Origin: an uncultured Gammaproteobacteria bacterium
Lineage (GTDB): Bacteria > Patescibacteriota > Microgenomatia > UBA8517
DNA length: 43,631 nt
Direction of reading: 5' to 3'
Assembly: GCA_964502815.1 (NCBI GenBank)
Contig: CAZCXV010000006.1
Coordinates: 1 to 43,631, forward strand
Shown here: positions 18,489-28,876 of the stretch, in pieces
Numbering within the stretch: the stretch's first letter is position 1
Layout: each line of letters opens with the position of its first letter
Position numbers and translations under genes: made by a program
Notes under the pieces: generated by a model
What the model was told of the DNA's origin: nothing
The model's database searches: none
Seen by the model: the letters and a program-made list of their open reading frames with translations, nothing else

Positions 18489-19313
18489 ATGAATACAGAC
18501 ATCAGACAGACTTCAGAATATGCCAAATATATGCAATCTCTTGGTTGGGCTGTAAAAAAAATAAACAATATTTACTGCTATATCAAAAAACTTCCCCTTT
18601 TAGGTAATTTTGTAAAGATTCAACGAACTGCAGGGTCTGACCCTGCAGAATTATGGGATATTCTCCAAAAACACAAACCATTTCAGATAGTTTTAGAACC
18701 AATGACAGAAATAGACATGACAGGTTTTGAGCTAGCCAAATCCCCTTACCTGCCTTCCAAAACCATTGAAATTGATTTAAGAAAGTCAGAACAAAAACTC
18801 CTTTTAGATATGCATTCCAAAACGAGATATAACATTAAAGTCGCCCAGAAAAATGATTTAACAATCGAAATTTCAAAAGATATTGTTTCTTTTGTCAACT
18901 TGTGGAGCAGACAAAGAGAGGGATTGTTGACTTTTTTGTACTCACAAAAAAATGATATTGGTAAGTTCTTCAAGGCATTTAACCAGAAGGCTGATTTACT
19001 AATTGCAAAAAAAGATGACAAATTACTGGCTGGCATACTGATGCCCAGAACTAACGACAAAGCCTATTACATGTATGCTGCATCAACTACTTTGGGCAAA
19101 AAACTTCATGCACCAACACTTCTAACTTGGGAGGCAATTAAACTTGCCAAAAAAAGAGGTTGCAAAGTGTTTGATTTTGAGGGCATATATGACCACAGAT
19201 TTCCAATAAAATCCTGGGAAGGCTTTTCAAAGTTTAAAAGAACTTTTGGTGGAAAAAAAGTTGAATATCCAGGTTGTTTTACTAAGACAAACTTTTTAAA
19301 CATATTTAAATGA
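18489..19313 (+). CDS. Second FemAB-family/GNAT-fold aminoacyltransferase
   Basis: DIRQTSEYA, IDLRKSEQKLL, KTRYNIKVA, YYMYAAS, LTWEAI, FDFEGI and GFSKFKRTFGG motifs. Confidence 0.85.
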   Translation: MNTDIRQTSEYAKYMQSLGWAVKKINNIYCYIKKLPLLGNFVKIQRTAGSDPAELWDILQKHKPFQIVLEPMTEIDMTGFELAKSPYLPSKTIEIDLRKSEQKLLLDMHSKTRYNIKVAQKNDLTIEISKDIVSFVNLWSRQREGLLTFLYSQKNDIGKFFKAFNQKADLLIAKKDDKLLAGILMPRTNDKAYYMYAASTTLGKKLHAPTLLTWEAIKLAKKRGCKVFDFEGIYDHRFPIKSWEGFSKFKRTFGGKKVEYPGCFTKTNFLNIFK

Positions 19314-19675
19314 AAATCCTAGCTAGAACTTGGAAAGCAATTTCTCTTAAACAGCCGTGGGCCAATTTGATTTGTGAAGGCAAGAAAACCATTGAAACCA
19401 GAAAGTGGGCGACCAAATACCGCGGTGACCTAGTTATCTGTTCTTCTAAAAATCCAGGGATTGAGCCGTTCGGAAAGGCACTCTGTATTGCAGAACTGTA
19501 TGATGTTAGGCCAATGCAAAAGCAAGACGAGCAAAAAGCGTGCATTAAAGTATATCCAAAAGCACAGAGTTGGTTTTTAAAGAATTTGAGAATAATTAAA
19601 AATCCAATTCCTATTAAAGGTCAATTAAATATCTTTGACTTGAAACTTCCAAACATTGAAGTTAAATCAGTTTGA
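19310..19675 (+). CDS. ASCH-domain protein
   Basis: AISLKQPWANLICEGKKTIETRKW..YRG signature and PIPIKGQL. Confidence 0.88.
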   Translation: MKILARTWKAISLKQPWANLICEGKKTIETRKWATKYRGDLVICSSKNPGIEPFGKALCIAELYDVRPMQKQDEQKACIKVYPKAQSWFLKNLRIIKNPIPIKGQLNIFDLKLPNIEVKSV

Positions 19676-22612
19676 CTTACAAAACATCTTAAACTCACAA
19701 TTTTGACAGAAAAAGTTGTTTTGGCATTCAAAGTTTGAGTTTTGAATTTCCTCTTTGGTTTCAAGTATCTCCTGCCTTGCTCTTTCTAATTCTGCTTTTG
19801 TTCTGATTGTAGTTATTTTTTCCTGAGTATCAAAATAGTAAAGCGACAACTTAATGTCTTCTGGGTTTTTCCCAAAAGGTTTAAAGGGAATAGTTGCGGA
19901 AGCCAAAGCATAGAAAGACAGTTGCAAGTTTTTGTCTACTTCCTTTTGAGTTGGAATAGTTGCTCCAGTTTTGTAATCAATTACTTCAATCGTGCCATCA
20001 GACAAAATATCAACTCTGTCTATTGTTCCTCCAATCTTCAAGGTTTCATCCAAAGGCAAGGTGAACTTTTCTTCCATTAAGGCAGGGGTGATGTTTTTGT
20101 CAAAACCGTGTTCCAAATATCCTGACAAATACATTTTTCCTTTGGCAAAAAACTCTGCCTCATGGATTTTATTTTCAAAGCCTTTATTAAGCCAATTTTC
20201 TTTTAAGCAGTTGTGAATTAATTTTTCGCCTGGTTTTTCTCCCAGCTTTACCGACTCGTAAGCAGAGCTTGCGACTACGTCGTAGAAGTGCTTCATGGCC
20301 GCATGTATGGAAGTTCCAAAACTTTGGGAAGCAGTTTGGGGTGTTGGAACTTTGACAATATACTTCAGCTTGTAATGCAAGGGGCAAGTTTTAAAGGTTT
20401 CAATCTGACTGTATGACAAATAGGTGATCTTTAGTTTTGTGGCTTCCTTTTTAATATCCGGTCTCACTTCTTGGAGTGGCGAGTAATTTGCAAACGAATC
20501 ACTATCTTGTTTTTTGTCTTTTGTTTTGCTTTCTTTTTTGGAAAGATCCATTTGTCTTTGGCCAATGGCTTCATAGACGAAAGGCGAAATCTTCTTGTCT
20601 CTTTTGCCCTCACCATAGTAATTTGCAGCAGTCAAAAATAATCTTTGTTTAGCTCTAGTCATACCAACATAGAAAAGCCTTCTTTCTTCTTGCAAGTGAT
20701 AGTCTCCTGTCGGCAGGGTTTCTTTTATTAGTTCTTCTGGAATGGGTATTTGCTCGCTTCGCTGCATCGAAGGAAATCTTTGACTAACAAGATTAACTAA
20801 AAAGACCACCGGAAACTCGAGGCCTTTGCTACCATGGACAGTCAAAATATTTACGGCATCATTGTCAAACCAATCGCTATCGCCAGACAAAGGCGACTCG
20901 CCCAAATCCATCAGTAAATCAATCCAATCAACAACTGCTTGGACTTTTGCGGCGTCGTGGTTTGCTTCATAGCCTTTCAATTTTTCAAAAAATACAGTTA
21001 TATTAATTGCTTTTCTTTCCTCCTCAATGTTTGTTGGCGTAATCAAGGTCGGCAAGAAGTTAAATTCCTCTAAAAAGTTAAAAATAATTTGGCCAGCATT
21101 TAGTTTTTTACTATCTTCAAAGTGCTTATTTATCAAAGAGACCAACTTGCTTATCTTTTCTTTTGTTTCATCACTCGCCACTAATCTATCTAGGTGTTCA
21201 CAGATCTCAAACAAAGATTTATTTTCTTTTTTGGCGGCTATGCCAAGCGTTGCCAGGTCTCTGCCATTAACATTAATAAAATCGCTAGCCAAAAGCCTGT
21301 AGAAGGAAACTGAGTCTTCATAGTTTGTCAAAACTTTTAAATAGGCAATTAGATCAAGTATTTCTTCCTGTCGAAAGAGTTTTGCCGGACCTAAAAATTG
21401 GTGCGGAATGCCATGAAAGCTTAAACTTCTAATAAATGGGTCTGCATGGTTATTTGCCCGGACTAGAATTGCAAATTCTTTGTAGGTATATACTTTAGAC
21501 AATTCAGCAATTTTTTTTGCCACTTCCTCGGCTTCTTGCTCAATTCTGGCAACATATATAAATTCGATCTTTTCTCCCAACTTGTTTATTTGACTAACCA
21601 AGCTTTTGTCAATCTTTAATTTTGACTCCAGAGTATCTGGATCATTGTTTTTAATCAATTTGTGGGCAGCATCAAGTATTTTCTGGCTTGATCTGTAGTT
21701 TTTATTTAAAATAACAACTTTTGTTTCTTGGTAATCATCTTTAAAGTGCAAAATGTTTGAAATGGCAGCGCCCCGAAACTTATAAATTGCTTGGAAATCA
21801 TCACAAACGGCAGTTAAGTTGGGGTAGGGCTTTGCAGGAGCCAATAGTTTAATTAAATCGTATTGTGCGACGTTAGTATCTTGGAATTCATCAACCAAGA
21901 TATATTTGAATTGGTCACGGTATTTTTTGAGAACATTTGATCTGTCTCGAAAAAGCTTTAAAGTTTTTATTATTAAGTCACCATAATCCATTACCGACTC
22001 TTTAGTTTTTAAGTCGTCGTATTTTTTAAATGCCTTTGCCAACTCTTGCCACTTTTTAGCCTCTAATACCTCCTCTTGGTTTTTTTCATCTATTTTTTTC
22101 TTTTCCTTTTCTACCCAAGCAAGATAATCACCTGGAGTTATGTCTTCATCTTGCAATCTAGAAAAGTGCTGGATAAGTCCAGTGATAAATTTATACGGGT
22201 TACCTAGTGGCTTAAAATAATCCAGATCTAAATCAAAAAAATGGCTTTTTAGAAATTGAATTGTCTCGGCTTGGGTCATCAAGGCAAATTTTGGATCAAG
22301 GCCAATTTGAAGCGCTTCAGCGCGAAGCACCCGGTCGCAAAAGCTATGGAAAGTGGAAATCCACATTTGGGTATAGCCGTAGGGCAAAGCCTGATCAATT
22401 CTTTCTTCCATTTCCCTGGAAGCTTTTTCAGTAAAAGTGAGTGCCAAAATCTCTGCTGGCAAAGCAAAACCTTGAGTTATTAAATACTTAACTCTTTCGG
22501 TTATAACAGTGGTTTTACCCGTTCCCGCACCAGCAACAATAAGAAGTGGGCCACTGGTGTAAGTAACTGCAGCAAGTTGTTCTTTGTTTAATTTTCTTTT
22601 CTCATTTAACAT
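19667..22612 (-). CDS. UvrD-family helicase fused to a C-terminal PD-(D/E)XK nuclease (AdnB/AddA-like)
   Basis: AGAGTGKT, DEFQDTN and EERRLFYVGMTRA; then LSYSQI..F..CP, GTIDRVD, IDYKTG, QLSFYA and three or more C-terminal Cys. Confidence 0.9.
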   Translation of the reverse strand: MLNEKRKLNKEQLAAVTYTSGPLLIVAGAGTGKTTVITERVKYLITQGFALPAEILALTFTEKASREMEERIDQALPYGYTQMWISTFHSFCDRVLRAEALQIGLDPKFALMTQAETIQFLKSHFFDLDLDYFKPLGNPYKFITGLIQHFSRLQDEDITPGDYLAWVEKEKKKIDEKNQEEVLEAKKWQELAKAFKKYDDLKTKESVMDYGDLIIKTLKLFRDRSNVLKKYRDQFKYILVDEFQDTNVAQYDLIKLLAPAKPYPNLTAVCDDFQAIYKFRGAAISNILHFKDDYQETKVVILNKNYRSSQKILDAAHKLIKNNDPDTLESKLKIDKSLVSQINKLGEKIEFIYVARIEQEAEEVAKKIAELSKVYTYKEFAILVRANNHADPFIRSLSFHGIPHQFLGPAKLFRQEEILDLIAYLKVLTNYEDSVSFYRLLASDFINVNGRDLATLGIAAKKENKSLFEICEHLDRLVASDETKEKISKLVSLINKHFEDSKKLNAGQIIFNFLEEFNFLPTLITPTNIEEERKAINITVFFEKLKGYEANHDAAKVQAVVDWIDLLMDLGESPLSGDSDWFDNDAVNILTVHGSKGLEFPVVFLVNLVSQRFPSMQRSEQIPIPEELIKETLPTGDYHLQEERRLFYVGMTRAKQRLFLTAANYYGEGKRDKKISPFVYEAIGQRQMDLSKKESKTKDKKQDSDSFANYSPLQEVRPDIKKEATKLKITYLSYSQIETFKTCPLHYKLKYIVKVPTPQTASQSFGTSIHAAMKHFYDVVASSAYESVKLGEKPGEKLIHNCLKENWLNKGFENKIHEAEFFAKGKMYLSGYLEHGFDKNITPALMEEKFTLPLDETLKIGGTIDRVDILSDGTIEVIDYKTGATIPTQKEVDKNLQLSFYALASATIPFKPFGKNPEDIKLSLYYFDTQEKITTIRTKAELERARQEILETKEEIQNSNFECQNNFFCQNCEFKMFCKSN

Positions 22613-22647
22613 TCAAAAGAATTATAGCAGTCATTTTAATAATAGAT

Positions 22648-23640
22648 TTAAAGTATTTCTTTGTCATCAGCTCTTTCAGAAGTCAACAAGTGTGTGGAGG
22701 TAAGCTTTTGCCCCAACTGGTTAAAAGAAGTAAAGACATTGCTCATCATATTGTAGGCATTGTTTAAATGCTTTTGCAGAGTTGACATATTTTCTTCCAC
22801 TTTTGAATAATCTTTTTGGATTGCCCGCAGTAGCTTAAACACCTCTCTTGATTTAGATTCCAAGTCTTTACCTTCAAAAGATAAAAGAAGAACTTGTAAG
22901 TGAGCATAGAGTGTGTTTGGTGAAACCGGATAGACTCGTTGATTCCTAGCGTACTTAGTAATCTCTGGAGTATTGGCAATTTCATAATATACAGATTCGG
23001 AAGGAATATACATTAGAGCAAAATCCATTGTCCCCTCTTCGGGCAAGATATATTTTTTGGCAATATCGCAGATATGTTTTTTAACATCCCCCGAAAAATC
23101 TCTTTTTGCCCTTATTCTTTCTATTTCTGTCTCTCCTCTTAGCATTAAGTTAAAATTTTCCATTGGAAACTTGGAATCAATACACAAAAGTCCGGCCTCA
23201 GTTTTTAAAACTGCGTCCACTTTTACGCCTGACTTGAAAGAATATTGCAGGTGAAAAGCATTTTTAGGAAAAGTCTGACCAATCATGTCTTTTAAGACTT
23301 CTTCTCCAAGTCCACCTCTGAGTTTTGGCGACTGCAAAAATTCCTGCAGAGTTCTTATACCCTTTCCAACTTCACTCATTTCTCCCAAATTCTTTTGCAC
23401 TTGAGAAATAATCCTTGAAGCATTATCAAGTCTGTTATTTAAATTTCTGGTATTTTCAGACAGTGAAGAAAGCAGTACTTTCCGGTCTTCAAGGCTGGTT
23501 CTTTGAAGTATTTTAATAATCTCCATTAGTTCAGGAGAGTTTTTTTGACTTAGTCCCAAGTCAGTCAGTTTTTTATTGAAAAACAAAGCCAAAACTAAAA
23601 GACTAATAATCACAACAGCCAGAATGATTACAACTTCCAT
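22648..23640 (-). CDS. rmuC: DNA recombination protein RmuC
   Basis: N-terminal TM and coiled coil; PKLRGGLGE, IDSKFP, IAKKYILP, TMDFALMYIPSE and VSPNTL. Confidence 0.92.
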   Translation of the reverse strand: MEVVIILAVVIISLLVLALFFNKKLTDLGLSQKNSPELMEIIKILQRTSLEDRKVLLSSLSENTRNLNNRLDNASRIISQVQKNLGEMSEVGKGIRTLQEFLQSPKLRGGLGEEVLKDMIGQTFPKNAFHLQYSFKSGVKVDAVLKTEAGLLCIDSKFPMENFNLMLRGETEIERIRAKRDFSGDVKKHICDIAKKYILPEEGTMDFALMYIPSESVYYEIANTPEITKYARNQRVYPVSPNTLYAHLQVLLLSFEGKDLESKSREVFKLLRAIQKDYSKVEENMSTLQKHLNNAYNMMSNVFTSFNQLGQKLTSTHLLTSERADDKEIL

Positions 23641-23684
23641 TTGCTATCATTGTATCAGACAGACAAAGCGCTAATTAAAGAAAA

Positions 23685-24029
23685 ATGAACTTTAGACAAA
23701 GAAGCAAAACTAGAAATACTAGCCAAAAAGACAAAAGTAAACTTCCGGGGATTATTATTTCAGTGTTTTGCTGGTTCTCTTTAATAGCAGTTATTTTCGT
23801 TTTGGATCCAGAAACCTTTGTGTCAGTTTGTATTTTCTTTGTTTTGCTATTTATTGCTCTTTTCTTCTCTCTGGCACTTGTATTCAAAAACAATTTGAGA
23901 GGTTTAATTTATAGCCTAGCTGCAAGCTTGTTTCTACTCCTTAGATATTTTGGTGTTGGCCACTTCCTAAACTTTATACTAATAGTAGGCATAGTCATTT
24001 CAATTGAAATTTTTCTGTCTTCAAGGTAA
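23685..24029 (+). CDS. Small 4-TM membrane protein of unknown function
   Basis: Basic N-terminus followed by four hydrophobic segments. Confidence 0.65.
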   Translation: MNFRQRSKTRNTSQKDKSKLPGIIISVFCWFSLIAVIFVLDPETFVSVCIFFVLLFIALFFSLALVFKNNLRGLIYSLAASLFLLLRYFGVGHFLNFILIVGIVISIEIFLSSR

Positions 24030-24043
24030 GATACCTCTTGCCA

Positions 24044-24397
24044 ATGAGAATTTCAGAAAGAAAACTAAACCCTTCCCTAAAAAAACAAATATTGACTGAA
24101 TTTGTCCAAACTATTCTGGACTTCAAAAAATTCAAAGACCTGGAAACTTTTGTAAAAGATTTCTTTAACGATAGTGAACTGGAAACATTTACCAAAAGAC
24201 TGGCAGTTGTCTACTGGCTAAAAAAGAAAAGAAGTTACAATAACATTAAAGACAACTTAAAAGTTTCCAGTGCCACTATTGCAACAGTTCAAAATTTGTT
24301 AGATACTTCAGGAATTAAATTAGCCATAAAAAAAATGGAAGCTGAAGAATGGGCCAACAAATGGAGTGAGAAGATTAAAGGAATAACCAAAAAATGA
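24044..24397 (+). CDS. TrpR-like (YerC/YecD) helix-turn-helix protein
   Basis: FVKDFFNDSELETFTKRLAVVYWL...SYNNIKDNLKVSSATIATV pattern. Confidence 0.8.
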   Translation: MRISERKLNPSLKKQILTEFVQTILDFKKFKDLETFVKDFFNDSELETFTKRLAVVYWLKKKRSYNNIKDNLKVSSATIATVQNLLDTSGIKLAIKKMEAEEWANKWSEKIKGITKK

Positions 24398-24855
24398 CAG
24401 TAGAAGCAAAAGAATTGACAACTGAGGAACTTAGAGAAATCAATAATCGAATTCTAGCGGGAGAGCTGGCTGTCGTAGCAAGGATAAATGCTGGACAGGA
24501 AGTAAAGCATCCTCATGTTCTTGTGGTAGCAAAAGATCAATATACAAACAAATATGCCGTGCTTTGTGTTGGAATTGCAAATGCAAAAGTTAATGAGCAA
24601 AAATGGGAACAAGGGGATATCGTAACCATCACTCCATCATCTCAAAAACAAGATTGTGAAGAGTTGCTAAATGCTTCGGGATTGGTTGGCACTGGAGCAT
24701 ATCTTGAATGCGATAAAATACGCGGGAGAGACGAAATATATAGATACAAAGAGTCATCTGAAGTTTTACAACAAGTTTTTGCAATACTTAGATTTGCAAT
24801 TTCCGACTCCAGACCAGATACTACAGATAGGCATGGCCCAACAATAGCTTTATAA
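24394..24855 (+). CDS. Hypothetical protein
   Basis: 153 aa ORF with an ATGA overlap to the upstream gene; no motif recognised. Confidence 0.6.
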   Translation: MTVEAKELTTEELREINNRILAGELAVVARINAGQEVKHPHVLVVAKDQYTNKYAVLCVGIANAKVNEQKWEQGDIVTITPSSQKQDCEELLNASGLVGTGAYLECDKIRGRDEIYRYKESSEVLQQVFAILRFAISDSRPDTTDRHGPTIAL

Positions 24856-24913
24856 CAACAATCAAGATTGAATTCGACAACTATTTTTAGTTTAGAGAGG
24901 CTATAATACAAGC

Positions 24914-26338
24914 ATGAACAAAAATATCTACATAGGTACGCCAATTTATTATGCAAACGGTGCTCCTCATTTAGGCCATTTTCTTACTACAACTGCAGCA
25001 GATGTTTTGGCAAGATACTACCGCCTCTTGTTGGGAAGTGACAATGTATTCTTTACGACGGGGCTAGACGAACATGGAACTACAGTAGAACAATCTGCAA
25101 TAAAGGCAGGCTATACGTCAGATAGTTTCCAAAAATACGTAGATAAAAGAGCAGAAGAGTGGAGAAAATCTTTTAAAGACACAAATATTAGTTTTGATTA
25201 TTTTGTGAGAACCACAGATCCAAGTCATGAAAAGTTTGCACAAGAATTCATAAGAAAAATGGTTAACAAAGGAGATGTATATCAAGGCAAATACAAAGGT
25301 AAATATTGTAACGGATGTGAGAAGTTCTTGACTCTATCTGACCAAAGTGAAGATGGTTACTGTCCACTTCACAGACCTGATCAAACAATAGAAATAGAAG
25401 AAGACAACTATTTCTTTAAACTATCTTCTTATGCGCCAAAAATTAAGCAATTAATTGAAGAAAACAAAATCAAAATAACTCCAACAAACAAAAGACAAGA
25501 TATACTATCAAGACTTGTAAATAAAATTGACGACATAAGCATTTCAAGACCAAAAGAAAAGGTTTCTTGGGGGGTGGGATTTCCAGATGATTCCAACCAA
25601 ACTGTATATGTCTGGGTTGAAGCCCTAATACATTATCGATCATCGTTAGCTATCAACAATAAAACTGACTTTCAAGAAAATACAGTTCACATGTTGGGCA
25701 AGGATATAAATTGGTTTCACAATGTTATTTGGCCATCTTTTCTATTATCTACCAACCTTCCGTTATACAAAAATTCTTTCGTTCATAGTTTTCTAATAGT
25801 TAACGGAGCAAAGATTAGTAAATCTCTTGGAAATGCAATTTCACCGACAGAGCTATCTTTACAGTTCGGAATAGATGGGGCACGGTTTTTAATGTTAAAA
25901 AATTTTCCGTTCGAAAATGATACAGATGTAAATTTAGAATTTCTAACTGAAAGATATAATGCAGATTTAGCAAATGGTCTAGGAAACACTGTCTCCAGGG
26001 TTGCCAAATTGGCAGAAAATAGTGGCCTTGAATTTTCTACTGAAGATCTGAGATGGTTTGATGAAGTTAAGAGCAGTCTTGAAGAATATAGGTTTGACAA
26101 AGCCATTGAGAAAATTTGGTCTGAATTAACTCAAGTCGACCAACGAATTAACCTGGAAAAACCTTGGGAGCTGCAGGGTGACACCTTGCAGGTAAAGTTA
26201 ATAAGTTACATTAAATCCATTAGACAAATTGCTTTTAATCTAAAACCTTTCTTGCCTCAAACCGCAGGTAAAATTGAGGCTCAGTTTAAGGGGTCTAAAA
26301 TTAAAGCTTCCTCTCCACTATTTCCAAGACTACAATAA
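24914..26338 (+). CDS. metG: Methionine--tRNA ligase (short form)
   Basis: PIYYANGAPHLGH, GLDEHG, CxxC...CPLH knuckle, GKDINWFH, KISKSLGN and LANGLGN. Confidence 0.93.
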   Translation: MNKNIYIGTPIYYANGAPHLGHFLTTTAADVLARYYRLLLGSDNVFFTTGLDEHGTTVEQSAIKAGYTSDSFQKYVDKRAEEWRKSFKDTNISFDYFVRTTDPSHEKFAQEFIRKMVNKGDVYQGKYKGKYCNGCEKFLTLSDQSEDGYCPLHRPDQTIEIEEDNYFFKLSSYAPKIKQLIEENKIKITPTNKRQDILSRLVNKIDDISISRPKEKVSWGVGFPDDSNQTVYVWVEALIHYRSSLAINNKTDFQENTVHMLGKDINWFHNVIWPSFLLSTNLPLYKNSFVHSFLIVNGAKISKSLGNAISPTELSLQFGIDGARFLMLKNFPFENDTDVNLEFLTERYNADLANGLGNTVSRVAKLAENSGLEFSTEDLRWFDEVKSSLEEYRFDKAIEKIWSELTQVDQRINLEKPWELQGDTLQVKLISYIKSIRQIAFNLKPFLPQTAGKIEAQFKGSKIKASSPLFPRLQ

Positions 26339-26396
26339 GCAAAGCTTGACACCAGCTAAGTACAACTGGAGTAAAATAGTAGTATAATTCCTCGCC

Positions 26397-27875
26397 ATGA
26401 CTAAAAAAGAAAAACTGATTCAAAGAACCCTAGAGATCCTGCCTGGCTTTGTCTCCTGGAACCTAATTTTATTTCCCTACTGGGGAATCCTGGTCATGCC
26501 AAATGTGGTTGCCTATACCATTCTCCTGTTTAATCTCTACTGGTTTTACCAATCCTTAAATGTCGCCATTTCAGCAACTGTCTCCCATTTTAGAGTCCAA
26601 GCTTCACAGAAGTTTGACTGGGCAGGAGAATTAAAAGCTTTTCCTGATTGCCAAAAAGTCCACCATTTTATTATTGTTCCTTTTGTAAATGAACCCTTAC
26701 ACATTCTGGAAAGGACTCTTGACTCACTTGCCGCTCAAACCTTAGACAAAAAGCAAATGACCGTTGTTTTAGCTACTGAAGCCAGAGTTCCAGACGAGCA
26801 AAGACTGCCAAAAATAAATGCCTTAAAGAGAAAATACAGCAAAAGTTTTGCTAATCTTTTTGTAACTGCCCACTGGCTAACTCCAGAGGAAGTTAGGGGC
26901 AAGGCTTCCAATGAAAGATATGCCGCCATTGAAACCAAAAAAGAGTTTATTGATAAAAACAAAGTTGATATAGACTATGCAGTTGTAACCAGCTGTGACT
27001 CTGACCACAAATTTCATCCAAACCATTTTGCCTGCCTGACATATAAATTTCTTGACAACCCCAATAGATACAAACACTTCTGGCAACCAATTGTGATGTT
27101 TTACAACAATATCTGGGAACTGCCTGCAATTACCCGCGTGCCAAACACTTTAATGTCCATTTGGAATCTTTCACTGGTTCCCAGAAAAGACAGGCTAATA
27201 AATGCTCAAAATTACTCCCTATCTTTTAAGCTTCTGCACCAGGCTGGCTATTGGGATGCAGACAAAATTCCAGAAGATTGGGGAATATTTTTTAAAGCCC
27301 TGTATGAAACAGGTGGAGGAATTGAAGTTGAGCCAATTTACCTGCCTCTTCTTGCTGATGCCGCAGAGTCAGATACGCTTTGGAAAACACTGACCAATCA
27401 ATACGAACAATTAAAAAGATGGGCTTATGGAGCTTCAGACATTCCCTGGATGATTAAGTTTTACTTTACCAAAAAGGGGGTAAATTTCTGGGATAAAACC
27501 ACTAGATTATGGTATGCCATGTGGTCTCATTTTATGTGGCCAGTTAATTGGTTTTTAGTGACTATAGGTTTGACACTTCCTTCCATCTTAAACCCAGCCT
27601 TTGGCAGAACAGCTCTTGGGTACATGGTACCAAAAATCTCGTCCTTGGTTCTTACTATCTCACTTCTTTTCTTGGTGATTACTTTATTTATTGACAATGT
27701 CTACAAGCCTCCAAAGCCAGAAAAGTTTTCCAGAATGAGAAAAATTCTCATTCCTCTTGAATTTATTTTAATGCCCATAGCAGGATTTTTCTTTTCAGCC
27801 CTTCCCGGTCTGGATGCCCATACCAGACTAATGCTTGGAAAATATATAGAGTACAGAGTTACTGAGAAAGTTTAA
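26397..27875 (+). CDS. GT2-family membrane glycosyltransferase
   Basis: GKASNE, DSD (DxD), IPEDW and QLKRWAYG (QxxRW) motifs, with flanking TMs. Confidence 0.85.
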   Translation: MTKKEKLIQRTLEILPGFVSWNLILFPYWGILVMPNVVAYTILLFNLYWFYQSLNVAISATVSHFRVQASQKFDWAGELKAFPDCQKVHHFIIVPFVNEPLHILERTLDSLAAQTLDKKQMTVVLATEARVPDEQRLPKINALKRKYSKSFANLFVTAHWLTPEEVRGKASNERYAAIETKKEFIDKNKVDIDYAVVTSCDSDHKFHPNHFACLTYKFLDNPNRYKHFWQPIVMFYNNIWELPAITRVPNTLMSIWNLSLVPRKDRLINAQNYSLSFKLLHQAGYWDADKIPEDWGIFFKALYETGGGIEVEPIYLPLLADAAESDTLWKTLTNQYEQLKRWAYGASDIPWMIKFYFTKKGVNFWDKTTRLWYAMWSHFMWPVNWFLVTIGLTLPSILNPAFGRTALGYMVPKISSLVLTISLLFLVITLFIDNVYKPPKPEKFSRMRKILIPLEFILMPIAGFFFSALPGLDAHTRLMLGKYIEYRVTEKV

Positions 27876-28039
27876 CTTTTTTATTCTCACTTATTTTAAT
27901 TAACACATCGTCAAATATTATCGCTTCAACATTGCAATAAAATTGATTTTTGTCTTGGCTTTAATATTTGCTGTGCTCCGCCTGATTGAACAAGATAGAA
28001 CCTATTTTACTTCATATACGTCGGTGTATAATTGCCAAA

Positions 28040-28876
28040 ATGGGTTTAATTGAAGCAAAAGTTAATAGTCTACATTTCTACCCAGTTAAATCCTGTGGGG
28101 AAACTGAACTCCAAACTGCACAAGTCACTGAAAAAGGAATTATATACGATAGACATTGGATGTTAGTTGATTCTAATGGTCAATTTTTAAGCCAAAGGGA
28201 TTTTCCAAGAATGTCTTTAATCAAACCGGCTTTATATGAAAACAGGATTGTTATAGCTGCACCAGATGAATCTGCAATTTTAGAATTACCATTAGATAAT
28301 GATGGAGCAAGAAAACGAGTACAGATCTGGAAGGATAACGTAGAAGCAGTTGATGATGGAGATATTGCGGCACAATGGTTCAGTGATGTCTTAAAAACAG
28401 ATTGTCGACTTGTACATTTGCCAGCTGATTCTGTTCGTGAGAAAAAACCTAATTATGGAAGGCTTGAGTTTGCAGATAGTTATTCCTTCTTAATTGCCTC
28501 AGAGGAGTCTTTATCAGATTTGAACCAAAGGATTCAAGCAAATGATGGCCAACCAATTCCAATGAATAGATTTCGTCCCAATATAGTTGTTGGTGGGTGC
28601 GAACCTTATGCAGAAGATGAATGGAAACAAATCGAAATTAATGGAGTGAAGTTTGATGTAGTCAAACCTTGTATTAGGTGTCCTATTCCTCAAATTGACC
28701 AAAGTAGTGCTGTTAAAGGCAAGGAGCCCACAAAAACACTCCTTAGTTACAGAAGAGTTTCGAGAACTGAAGTGATTTTTGCACAAAAAGCAGTTAATCT
28801 TAATCATGGTTCTGTCTCAGTTGGAGATGAGGTAGCAGTTTTAGAACGAAAGGATTCTCCAAAATTTATAAAATAA
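28040..28876 (+). CDS. MOSC-domain protein (MOSC_N + MOSC; mARC/YcbX-N-like), no ferredoxin domain
   Basis: FYPVKSCG, YDRHWMLVD, FLSQR, FADSYSFLIASEESL, MNRFRPNIVV, EDEW and PCIRC (Moco-ligating Cys position). ATG lies 7 nt below TATAAT. Confidence 0.92.
   Translation: MGLIEAKVNSLHFYPVKSCGETELQTAQVTEKGIIYDRHWMLVDSNGQFLSQRDFPRMSLIKPALYENRIVIAAPDESAILELPLDNDGARKRVQIWKDNVEAVDDGDIAAQWFSDVLKTDCRLVHLPADSVREKKPNYGRLEFADSYSFLIASEESLSDLNQRIQANDGQPIPMNRFRPNIVVGGCEPYAEDEWKQIEINGVKFDVVKPCIRCPIPQIDQSSAVKGKEPTKTLLSYRRVSRTEVIFAQKAVNLNHGSVSVGDEVAVLERKDSPKFIK

Noticed and set aside
19667-20420. Cas4-like nuclease as evidence of a CRISPR system
   Set aside because: It is the C-terminal domain of a UvrD fusion; no cas genes or array are present.
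27876-28026. Intergenic stretch as a possible gene remnant or element end flanking the MOSC-Ham1 pair
   Set aside because: No convincing reading frame, terminal inverted repeat or target duplication could be identified.
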